A DNA stretch of 64,000 nucleotides from Mayamaea pseudoterrestris (Eukaryota): NCBI GenBank assembly GCA_027923505.1, contig BROI01000004.1, positions 1,054,001 to 1,118,000 of the forward strand. The letters are read 5' to 3'. Position 1 is the first letter of the stretch. Each line of letters opens with the position of its first letter. The position numbers and the translations under genes are program-made. Positions 10,425 through 21,500 of the stretch are shown in pieces. The notes under the pieces are model-generated. The model was not told the DNA's origin. It saw only the letters and a list, made by a program, of their open reading frames with translations, and made no database searches.

Positions 10425-11597
10425 CTATTTGGCGCCTGACGTTCCATCGTCCGCCAGCAAGCGAAAGGGTTGCACGTCGACGGTAAAGGCATCCAAGGGC
10501 CGATCAAAGGCGTCAACGTGCACGCCAACGTTGGACGACAAGGTGGTGGGCGGTACCTTGCCGCAGAAATGAAAGCATCCCTGTGGTGTTATTACGAGCC
10601 ATTGAGCTAAAATCGTGCCGTTTCTTGATTCATTCCATGCATGCAAAAAAAGCGATCACACTATACAACAATAACATATCCACACACATACCTTCATGTC
10701 ACCATGCGGTGTCACCAGTTCGCACTGACTACTATATTCAAACACTTGGCTCGGATGCAGCACCGGCAGCTTGCCCACGGCCCCCGTGGTGGGCGCATGG
10801 ACGCGAACCGCGTCGCCCAGTGGCTGATTGCTAGAAGAAGTTTCCTGAATGTGCCAGCTGCGACCCAGCAACTGAACGGAGTCGCTTGACGACAGGTTTT
10901 CGATCCGAATGCGGTAGCCAAAGAGGAACTTTGGTGCGACAAAGTCCTCGTCGTCGTCATCACTGTCACTCTCATCATCACTGCTTTTGCTTCGTTGAAA
11001 CACAAATCCACTTCGATGCTGTAGCGGCTGCAGCGCACGAACACCCATGAATTGGCTCGTGGCAATGACTCGCACATTGTGATTGGTTGAAACGGATGAC
11101 GTTTGCCGCAGTGCGGCTTGCCTCTGCAGCAGCTTGAACAAGCGTAGCGACCACTTGGTGTAGAGCGCGTAGTCGTCGCGCTGTTTGTCATTGTCATGTA
11201 CTGGCGGACCGTGGCGAAAGGCAAACTTAATGGCAGAGAAAAGACAATCGAGACTGGTCCAGTGCGATCGCGGCGGTGGTATGCCAAGCGTGTAGTACCA
11301 GCCGTCCAGCAATTCTTCGAGCCACTCATGCAATTTCAAATCATCGTCATCGTCGTCGTCATTGGCATATGACGCAAAGAAGCGATACAGGGATTCCCTC
11401 GCATCCTTCTCATTGGAAGGCTCACGCAAATTAAAGTGCTGCGAGGTACCAATGCCTCGCTTGTCGAGTGGCGTTTGGAGTAGAATGGACGACGCACAAT
11501 CATCATCGAATGCAGCAGTCTGTCGAAGAATTCGAGACTGTTTCAGTAAAATTCTGTACATTCGCAGCGCTACTGGTCGATAGGTATTCGCTGACAT
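10425..11597 (-). CDS. ApaG (DUF525) domain protein; 2 exons (intron 10581-10691)
   Basis: YRIRIEN...VQLLGRSWHI...GAVGKLPVL...FEYSSQCEL.TP.G.MK|GCFHF...F.V.V.PF.L is the ApaG pattern. N-terminal YRILLKQSR is LYR-like. Confidence 0.85.
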
Positions 11598-11830
11598 GCT
11601 TGCTGTCGAGTGAATTGGTCGCAGGCTAATACATTGACGGATCCATCGGATTTCTCCATGGTTGCGCAAGGATTTTGATCTTTTGACGACATCGCACCGG
11701 TACTCAAGAGGCTATGGTAGCTCCGCCCGAAGCTCTTGCCGACTGTCGACCATCACCATGGCGCAAACCAATTAACGACGCATCGTTTCTGCTGCCTTCT
11801 CTTTCACTGGATATAATTTATATACATAAC

Positions 11831-12200
11831 ATGCAGGTGCGAAGCTTGACGTGAATCATGTAATGAAGTGATTGCGTCTGCATCATATCAAGCGCTATGC
11901 TACGTTTCTCATATGCCATCGTCCGCTCATTCTTCGCTCACTCACCGGCTGATTTCCTCTCACTAGATTTTCATCAAAACACTGACTGGCCGCAAGCAGG
12001 CGCTCAATTTCGAGCCAGAGAACCAGGTATTGGCCGTCAAGCAAGCGCTCCAAGAAAAGGAAGGCATTCAGGTGGATCAAATAAAATTAATTTACTCGGG
12101 CAAGCAACTGGCGGACGAAAAAACCTTGGAGAGCTACAGCATTGCGGCCGGAGCGACCATTCACATGGTATTGCAACTGCGTGGTGGAGGAGGACATTAG
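11831..12200 (+). CDS. NEDD8: NEDD8/RUB1 ubiquitin-like modifier; exons 11831-11836 and 11967-12200
   Basis: Spliced product MQIFIKTLTGRKQALNFEPENQVLAVKQALQEKEGIQVDQIKLIYSGKQLADEKTLESYSIAAGATIHMVLQLRGG-GGH: ubiquitin fold with GG at 75-76, a non-Arg residue 72 and a short C-terminal pro-extension. Confidence 0.85.
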
Positions 12201-12391
12201 TCAAAGTGGATGTGAAGGAGTATAATCAAAATATGGACGATTGAGCCTTAAATGCGTCTGCACATATACCGTACGCGCGCGTTTGACTTCGTCGCGTTGC
12301 TCAATTCTAATTCATGATAGGTATGAAAGTAGAGATACAAGTATTTCTATAATCCATACATGTCCTTTACGTGTAACCGTGTTGATGCTGC

Positions 12392-14334
12392 TTAATCATC
12401 CGACTTGCCGTAATGTTGCGGAGAAATGGTGCGCCGCAAGTCCGGAATGTCTTGATCAACAATCGACTGCAGCTTGTATAAATCAGCGTCGGATACAGTC
12501 GGAACATCGGATATACTCGTCTGCGTCAGGGCGATTCGTAAATGATCTCGTATTCGTTGCCACACCGCTGCCGTGTACTCGTCGCCGTCACTAATGGCGC
12601 GGGCGTGCGTTCGTTGAAAGGCCGCCGACAATTCCTCCGGACGGCTCGCTTGTCGCTCCCACTCCTGCAACTGAGCAGAGTGAAACCAGGTCAAACCGCC
12701 AGTTCCAACAATGGTCGCTGCCAATATGGATCCTGTCACGCTCATGGAAACATGGTCACCTCCGTACATGGTCAGTGCCGTCGTCAAACCTCCTCCGGTC
12801 AGTGCCACACCCAACTCTTGCCACTTTGACTGCCAGTACAATTTCGACCACCGCTGTCTTATATCTTTTAAGATGGTGGCATGCATGCGCAGCTGCAGCA
12901 CCGAATCGTGTAAATGCGTCAAAACGTTGTCCATCCGCCGCGACGGCGCCTTGCGCACCTCGGCGACAACTTCGTCGCGGGCCGTGTGCAAATCCTGCAA
13001 GCCCGCCGGCGGTTCCTCGGTCACATTTTCCGCCACGGGCAAGCACATGGTGTAAATGCGCGGCAAGTCCTTGCGGGGAATGACCTTGGACAGGTTCCAG
13101 CACTGAAAGAGGAGACGAAAGTAGATGCAGAGAGTGAGCGTTGCATCAGCAGCGTCATTGAAGGAATACTTCAAGGCTTGAATGACTCACCAATGATCCA
13201 TAGGCTCGGGCAAAATCGTGAATCTTTTTAAACTGATCCGCCTTGTTCAACACAATCAATAGTTTATGATCCATTCCAGACAGTGAATGTAACAGTGTAC
13301 TCAGCGTTTCGCCCGTGGTTCCTGGCTTGTCGGGATCGAAAAACAGCAAGACAATGTCGGCTCGATCGGCCAAGAAGGAAACGACGCCGGTAAAGTCATA
13401 TCCGCGATCCATGGTTGATGTAGCAGCAGCTCCACCAGCTTGCCTACTGATGCTACCTTGCTGTCGCTGCTCCGCCATTAAGTAATTAGCAGGTGCATCA
13501 ATCATGCCTGGACTGTCGCAAATGATAAAGTTGCTGTCAATGTTGGACCGAATCTTGAGAGTCGTATGGTGCATGAGCGTCGGGCCAAACTGTCGGAGCT
13601 GCGAAAATCCCAAGTCTGGATCTCCAATCAGGGCTGGTCCGTCCTGGTCGCGGTCGGATGGGCCGGGTGCAATAACGGTGAATGCTGTATACAATGCGAG
13701 AGCGAGTTTAGTTAGCGTGGGAGACTATTGGCTGCAGTTCTCCATGTTCTCCATGTATATACCATACATATGATGACACGTACAATCATCCGTCGGCGCC
13801 ACTCCCGAGGTTTGAATCTTGCGACCGAGCACGTAATTGATGAAACTCGACTTGCCCGAGGAGTGGTTCCCCACCAAAAAGACAAAGGGCAAGGCCGTTC
13901 CTTGGTCCGACTGCGGCGACAGCGGGCCTCGGAGCTGCATAAAAAGTAGATGCAAAATGAGATTTTTACAATTGTTTTTCTTTCAACTTTGTTTCATCTT
14001 TTGCAAGCTCCATCTATACACCATGTAGAATACGTACTCGTTCATTCAACGGCATGATGGACGCATGCATTTCTCGGCACTTGCTCATGACTTGCTTTTG
14101 AACGGGCGAAAAGAGAAACTTGGATGCTTCCACCAATTCCTTTCGGTTTGATGATTCGGTATGATAATCATCGTTTGTCAAAGTGGAACTAGAGCGACTG
14201 CTGCTGGTTGGTGCGTGAAGCCGATACGACGACGAAGCAAAGTTGCTGGTGCTGTGCAATCCAAGCTGGCTAGCTCGCAGTCTTGACGGGAGTCGAGCAA
14301 TACGTATTATCTTTACAGAGCTACCAAGCATCAT
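12392..14334 (-). CDS. EHD/sarcalumenin-like dynamin-superfamily P-loop NTPase, no EH domain; 4 exons
   Basis: G1 LVGNHSSGKSSFINY, G2 GVAPTDD, G3 DSPGMID, RGYDF, FFDPDKPGTTGE, G4 LNKAD, FARAYGSLCWNLSKV. Exons 14038-14334, 13784-13934, 13191-13684 and 12392-13102 with GT-AG boundaries. Confidence 0.85.
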
Positions 14335-14468
14335 TCGGTATGAGTTTAGGTATGGAAAAGGATCAAGGATGGCAAAGTCTCGCCGGCTCTCATCATTGTG
14401 GATCATTTTTGTCGTCGTCGCGTTTCGGTGGTAGGTGTCGTTCCGGTACAAGTAATGAAACTCTCTCC

Positions 14469-15716
14469 GGGAAGTGTGGGAAAACTCGTTCGCACCGGTT
14501 TTGCAGCTACCGTACGTGACCCACCTGGTATTGTACACCTGCTCTTGCAGTTTATTCATCTATCTATCCTAAGCATTTGTTAATGGAATTAAGGCGAGAT
14601 GCAATAACATTCAGGCTTGGCATATAAGCTCAACGAAGTTAATGAACTTAGGATGTCTGTTGCTTGCCATTTCATAGTAGAATAATCGCTCTACATAATG
14701 GGTAGATATGCCAGAGGTACAGGTCCATTAAAAATCATATGCTCTTGGCATTCAGCATCATATTAATTTAGCTACTTGCTTTTATTGTACCGGTAGGAGT
14801 ATCCGTCATGGTCTGTCCGGCGTGCGCCAATGGTTTCGCCACGTAAGCATCCAAGACTGGTTCGCACGCGTTTGCGAACGGTTGCGAACGGTGAGTAAAA
14901 AACCGTTGCGAACCAAGCGAACTGAAAATGGAAAGTTTGAAGTCATATAACACAGCCAATACTATGCTTATCATGTATATTTCTTGGTTTTCTAATAGTC
15001 AGTAATAGTATTTAAGCATTGGAAGCTTGGTGGTCATTGTTGGGACGTTGTGACCTTGAGAGAACCAACTGTGAAGTTGGGGAAAACTCACCAACGAGGC
15101 CGTTCGCTCAAAGTTCGGAGCAGCGAACCAACACTTAACAGTGGCCAAATTCAAGCGAACGCTAGCGAACCTTGGTACGCTAAGTATACTGTGAAAGCGA
15201 CCGGGGGCATAGCTTCTTTGACGTTATTTACATAAAGAAAACCGACTGCGAACCTGGCCTCCTCGGAATTGCGTTCGCGAACGGTCGTGAAACTCGTCGA
15301 AAATTTCAAAAACACCCGGATTTTCGTTCACGAGTGATGACGTTGTAATGCTCCTCAGCGACTTTTAGTCAGTAGTAATTTCGTCCAACACGATACAAAA
15401 CGAACGATATTGAGCATGTTGAAAACCGTTCGAACTCGGTTCGCACCGTTTTGAACAGTTCAAACTCGGTTCGTCAGTGCCAGGTTCGAAGGTGCTTGTC
15501 TCTCTACCAGTACCCTACTTCAGATTAGGCACCCTGAGTTATTGCTAGCCTTATTATTGTTCTTACTTTAAATGTTGGCATAAAGGAATCTTGGAGGCTT
15601 TACGATGATGGGTTTTGCAGGAATTGCAGACAAAGTTGTGCGTCCACGGTCCACGGTCGATCTTCATGTTGAACCACATCTAAAAACCGGTGCGAACGAG
15701 TTTTCCCACACTTCCC
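14469..15716. mobile_element. Putative non-autonomous DNA transposon/MITE-like element with perfect 34-bp terminal inverted repeats
   Basis: GGGAAGTGTGGGAAAACTCGTTCGCACCGGTTTT at 14469-14502 and its exact reverse complement at 15683-15716. The interior is non-coding with many GCGAAC/GTTCGC motifs. No target-site duplication found. Confidence 0.55.
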
Positions 15717-15841
15717 CGGTACTGAAAGTCGCTCTGGGTTTCGCACGACTCGATTTTGGTCACAGTTTCGCCCGCCAAAGAATTTGCTATCGCCGACCAT
15801 CCAAGTGGCTTTGTTACCTCTTTCAAGCATTTGCAGCATCC

Positions 15842-18454
15842 ATGGCAGCTTTGACGCCATTGCAGGCTCCAAGGCCGACACTGTCGAGTCCCGCAATGAA
15901 ATCAACGAGCAATGTTCGCGTCGTTGCCCGCATTCGTCCACTCGCCGCCTACGAGATTGCCAATGGCTCGATACCAGTCATTCAAACGCTTCCATCATCC
16001 AACACCACGAGTGAATCGAATGACGACGATATAATTTACGTGGAACAAAACTCCAATGGCGACTCGACGCGCTGGTTCCAGCTGGATGCCGTGTTGGATC
16101 AAGATGCGACGCAGCGCCACGTCTACGAGCGGTCGGGTGCGCGTCGCGCCGTCACGGTGGACTTGCTGCAAGGTTTCAACTGCACCATTTTGGCCTACGG
16201 GCAAACGGGCGCGGGCAAGAGTTACAGCATGGGTAGTGCTGCAAGTAGTGATGTTGCTGCTGCGACTGTAAACGAAGAAGCGTCTGGTGTAAAAGACGTT
16301 GATGGAGCTTCAAAAACAAATACTGATGAAACAGCATGCACTACCTCATCGCCATTGACGAAAGACTGCGGCGTTATTCCTCGCGCCTGTTTTGACCTGT
16401 TTGAAACCATTCGTACTCGCTGTAAAGGTCAAGCGACAGTCGAACTATCCTATCTGGAAGTTTACAATGAGGAGATTCGCGACTTGCTGTCATCCAACAA
16501 GACTAGCAGTACGAACGCGCAGCTCCGCATTCGCGAGCATCCAAACGGAGATGTCTATGTAAGAGGATTGGAAGCTCGAACTGTCACGAGTTCATCGGAC
16601 GTTGGTCGACTCATGCAGGAGGCCAGCTCGAGGCGGGTCACGGCCAGTACCAACATGAACGCCACCTCGAGTCGATCGCATGCAATTTGCGTGTTGCGCA
16701 TTCAAGGGATTGTTGTGGAACATGGTGACAACATGGCAGCCACGGCGGCGGGCACCCAGTTTCAGGCCAAACTGACGCTGGTGGATTTAGCTGGGTCGGA
16801 ACGTTTCAAAAAGACTGGTGCACAAGGCGATCGCGCCCAGGAAGGCATTTCCATCAACAAGGGGTTATTCGTTTTGGGACAAGTGATTAGCGCATTGTCG
16901 GAGCAGCGGCCGAACATGAAGCGCAAGCCACCATATCGCGACAGCAAGCTGACCCGGTTGCTGCAAGATAGTTTGGGTGGAAACTCTAGGACAATCATGA
17001 TTGCCTGCGTCAGTCCGGCGGACTTTAATATTGAGGAGTCCATCAACACTCTTCGATACGCGACGAGCGCCCGCAACATTAAGAATACAGCCACCCGCAA
17101 CGTGACGCAAGCCATGTCGGCCGAGGCAGCGGCCAAGCTGACGAGAGAGAATAAACTACTCAAGCAAGAGGTGCGAGAGTTGCAGCAAACGATACAGCGA
17201 ATGTCTGAAGAATTTGAAACGCGGGAACTGCTTAGTAGTCCGAGTAGAGAAGAGGCAAAGGAGGAGGTCCTAGTGGAAGAGGAGAATGAAATTGTATACG
17301 TCGAAGAGGCTTCAAGGCGAATCTCGGAGCTGGAAGAACAAGTCGCCCATTTGCACCAAGCACTCGATGAAACGAAGCGAGAGCTACGCGCAAGCATGGC
17401 AGCGAGCGCTGTTGTGCTCCCTGCACTCAAGGTGAAAGTTGCCTTGTTGGAAGATGAGCTGAACGAGAGTCGACTGCTCGAGGAAGAAGCGGAGAATGTG
17501 AGACATGACTACGACGAGTTGAAATCGGAGGCAACTGCAGCGCGAACTGCGGCTAGAAGACTGAGTCATATTGTACAAGATATGTCTCAGCGGTCGCTCT
17601 CTGCTTCCGACGGGAATATTTGCGAGACTGGTGAGGATTCGTCGTCCTCTATTGGTACCGAAATACAAGATGAGAATGCGATACGCGCCAATTTAGAAAA
17701 GGTGGCGTCGAACGAAGCTTGGGTCGGATTCATCGTAACGATTTACTCTTTTTTCAAAGAAGACATGCGCGTCTTGGGAGGTATGTGGAGGGTATAAAAC
17801 GGTGAGCCTCTTTCTGTTTATTACGTCTCACCCTCACGCCATTTTGTTACAGATCAATTTAGCAAAGTCACAAAAATCGCAGTCACTGATGATAATGCTC
17901 AGTCGTCGGTTACTATAACGGAGAGACAACAAAAGTCATGGTGGAAACCAAAGAAAGAGAACGACGAAGATAGAGCAAAAGGCAACGTTTCGGAAGTGCG
18001 TGCACGAGTGCTAGGCGAACACATATCTACGTACACCGACTAGTTCTTGGAAATTGAAGATCAGATAGAAAGCAGATTCGAGGCATTACTCAGCGTCGCC
18101 GACTCTGTAGAAAAAGAACGAGAAGAATTGAAGAAGAAGCTGTCATTGGCCGAAGTTATAGACGTTGGGAAGAACAGCCGGAGCGATGTGTTGCTAAAGT
18201 GGTTGAGACTGACGCTTGGCATGACTACCAAGGCAAACGGTATGGACGAAGATGACGGCAACGATGATAACAGCTCACTGGACTTGAAAAATGGATCTAT
18301 GGGCAAGCCTTTCACACTTTTCGACGATTCTAACCATTCTATGGACTTTGACGATTCGGTTTCGGACGCATTCCAGTGCCATACACAATTGGGCATGCTG
18401 GGTGAGAGAGCCGAAGAACTGGATAGCTCGGATAACGATGACTTATTATACTGA
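15842..18454 (+). CDS. Kinesin motor protein (N-terminal motor, coiled-coil stalk; resembles kinesin-4-type)
   Basis: NVRVVARIRP, AYGQTGAGKSYSM, YLEVYNEEIRDLL, NATSSRSHAI, LVDLAGSER, PYRDSKLTRLLQDSLGGNSRTIMIACVSP. Intron 17781-17852. An in-frame TAG at 18041 makes the 3' end uncertain. Start is ATG 15842 or 15896. Confidence 0.92.
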
Positions 18455-18544
18455 TGACAAAAAAGGATGACGAAGGATTTTTGCAAAGACTACTATTTCA
18501 TTTACTGGTGCCGTGGCCGACTGCGCTTTGCAACCATGTTAGAC

Positions 18545-21500
18545 TCAGCTAGCTTGCTTCTTTTTAATCAAGTGAGATTGTAGTAATTTCACGGATGACA
18601 AGGTAGTTGCGTGCTTCTTAGCTGGCGACAAATGTGGAGCAGGCTGAGCATCATGCACGGAATCGGCAGAAGGCAGTGCATCTCCGTCGTCCGAACCCTT
18701 CCGTTTCAGCGGTAAGATTCTTTCATGAGTAGCGGCTCCGTCGGTTTCAAGCGGCTTACTCAGAGCTAATGTAAACGAATCTGCTCCGCACTTCTCTGCC
18801 GGTAAAGCCTCTTCGTCATTTTTCTTCACGGGTACAGTGTCGGCAAGATCTAGAAGATCTAACTCAACCTTAACAGCAGACTTGACGACCCAATAATATC
18901 CCCCGTCCGGATGCTTCATTTTCTCGGCAGTCTCGTCCAGAACCTTCAACGCCTTTTGGCGGCTCAATGCCAAGATAGGATTGGCTTGACGGAGTTCGTC
19001 GACAAGTTTTTCTTTCGAAGAAGTCGTCGAGTGATGAACAAATTTAGCAATAATTCGAATAGCTTCTTTCTGGGCTTCTTCCGCGCTTGCCGTTCCAACT
19101 TCTATCAGGTCGTCTAATTCTAATGCATCCAAAACTTCTTCTTTGACAACCCAAAGGCTCTGACCACTGATTGGAAATTTCTGCTTCTCCGCGGCAGCAT
19201 CCATGAATCGCAGCAGCTGACTTCGGGGGACGTTCAATGCTTCGTGCTTCAAGCGAAAATCATCAACGAGTTGCGCTTTCGGCTGAGTCGACATGTGTAC
19301 GAACCGCGCGAATGTTCGCTGGTCCTCGTCTTGCATTGCCTTGCTTGACAAGAGCTCTTGTTCTTGGTCAGTCTCCTCGATTAGTTCTGGTGGAAACGAA
19401 TCAAGGTATATTGGAGCGTCGTCCAGAATTTCAACAGAATGCAGATTAAGAAGCTCTTGCGCTTCTTCGACGCTGATGCCTGTGACCATGTCCTCATGCT
19501 CAAGACTAGCGTGAAAGGCATCAGACGTAAACGGGCGACCTTCAATGGGTGCGATATTGCCAACTGTCAATTCCGTGCGGTCTTCGGATCCGACGAGACG
19601 AGTCTGCCAATTCAAAGGTTTCTCGGGCATTTCAACATCAACTTCGGGATCAACTTCTACGTAAATAACTTCATCATCGTTAGCAAACCATCCATCGTTG
19701 GTTTCGTATGCGTCAAGCTCCTTTTCCTCTTCATCCTCGGCTGTTTCCAATTCGACATCCTCGCCAACTTCATCATCGCCTTCCTCCCACTCAGCTTCGC
19801 TATCGTGCTCGTAATCAAGCACAACGTCGCGACCAAAAGGTTTATTTCCTGTAACGCTTGAGCTATGTTTGCTCCATGTTCCCCAGTAAGGAGGGCGCAA
19901 ATCTTCATGGAAAGACAGAAACTTGTTCTTATTTAGAACCTCCACTGTGAGCTGACGATCCTCGGCGTACGGACCTTCGCTCTCGTTAAATGGATTCTCG
20001 GCCTCCTCTCCGACCAGCACAGTCACGGTGACTGTGGTAGAGATTCGACTCGTCCGCCGCTTTCGACTCACGCGAGCTCGCTTGGAGAGTGTTTGAAATG
20101 GTCGACGGCTAATCGTTCCGCATGATCCAATGGCTCTCCATAATATTTCGCACTCTAAAACGCCCGACTGCATTTGCTTCGGAAGCTTTTCCGTAAGTGC
20201 AGGCTGCTCTTTAAGAGCCACACTAGCGGCAGCGACTGGCGCCTTTTGTGTCATCTTGGGTTGAAAGACGGACATCATGCACGCAGCCTGTTTCCGAATC
20301 TCCGCATCTTTCTTGGCTTTTTCCTTTGCCTCCATGTCCGCCTTTTCTTGTTTCTTCCGCTCCGCCTCGTCTATTTTCATTTGCTTGGCATGCTCCTTCT
20401 CCTGCGCCCTCTTGAGTCTTTCCGCTTCTCGTTCTTGCGTCCTCTTTAGTTTCTCAGCCTCTCGTTCTTTCGCTTTGTTTTCCTTCTCAATGTCCTTTTG
20501 CTTTTTTGCTTCGTCCGACATTGGCTTTAAAGATGAGTCAGTCTTTACGGCCTTGGCCTTGCGCTTCGCATCGACCGAGAGACGAAATGCTTCCTCTTGC
20601 CGCTCAAACTTTAACACCTTTTCTTCCTCTTGACTGATACGGGCAAACATCTTCTCCAGCTGATTGGCTGCACTTTTGCCGCTCTTACTCGTCTTTCCAG
20701 AGCCATCGACTGACAGGAGAATGAGGCGATCGGCTTCATTTAGCGAGCATAACAATTTATCCAAGGCTGCAAACTGCGAGGCAATCTTCTTGCGAGCTGC
20801 TCGGGCTGCCTTGACGGGGCTTGTAGCATCGGCTGGCAATAGATCAATGCAAGAGACTTCCCATCGCCACATGTAGTCAACATGCTCGTCCTGGAAAATG
20901 TCAATAATTGCATCCTTGGCATCGCTTCCGTCTACAAGCGAGCCATTATTCGTCGCGATAAACGGATGCTTAATGTACTGCTTTCTAGTAGCGAGGATTT
21001 TAAGCTTGTCCGAAACGACCTCGTGAACAAATTCCGTAGTGTCGTAAATCGAATTCAGTGAATCCGTCGCGAAGAATGACAAGTCGGTAAGGGAGCGAAT
21101 GCTGCCTTCAATGAGCGCGGCAAGCGTCGCCACTGCAAAGTCGGGAAAGGTCGAAAAGTCGATTGATTCGACATCTGGAACACTCGCCGACTCTGGGAGA
21201 GCAATCTTGAACTGCTCCTCGGGCATGTCTTTGCATTTAGCAAGAATCTTGCGTGCCTTGTCGCGGTAGCGGTCGCGCATATGTTGATGCTTCTCCATGG
21301 CCTTTTGAAGCTCCTCCGGAATGGATTGGTCTGACGGAGCGGCTCGCTTCTTGATCGCTGCACCCGAGTCAATCGATGCAGCTCGCTTTCTCGTGTTCGC
21401 GACAGCGTCTGGCGTAAATTGCTGCTCGTCAACGGTAGACGCGTTATCCATGAGAGATTTAGATGCATCCGTGACCTTGTTGTCAACATTATCCAACATA

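Noticed and set aside
11897..12244. 115-aa ORF listed in the track; also the reading of this locus as ubiquitin
   Set aside because: The real frame is the spliced ubiquitin-like gene, which is too divergent from ubiquitin and lacks Arg72.
14441..15738. Target-site duplication around the inverted-repeat element
   Set aside because: The immediate flanks (ctctctcc and cggtactg) do not match. A loose tgaaa.tc.ctc.ggg similarity on both sides overlaps one arm and is offset from the other, so it is not a convincing TSD.
14335..15841. N-terminal ORF extensions of the EHD-like and kinesin genes sharing KTGANEFSHTS
   Set aside because: The shared peptide is a translation of the 34-bp DNA inverted repeat, not a protein motif; plausible starts lie downstream.
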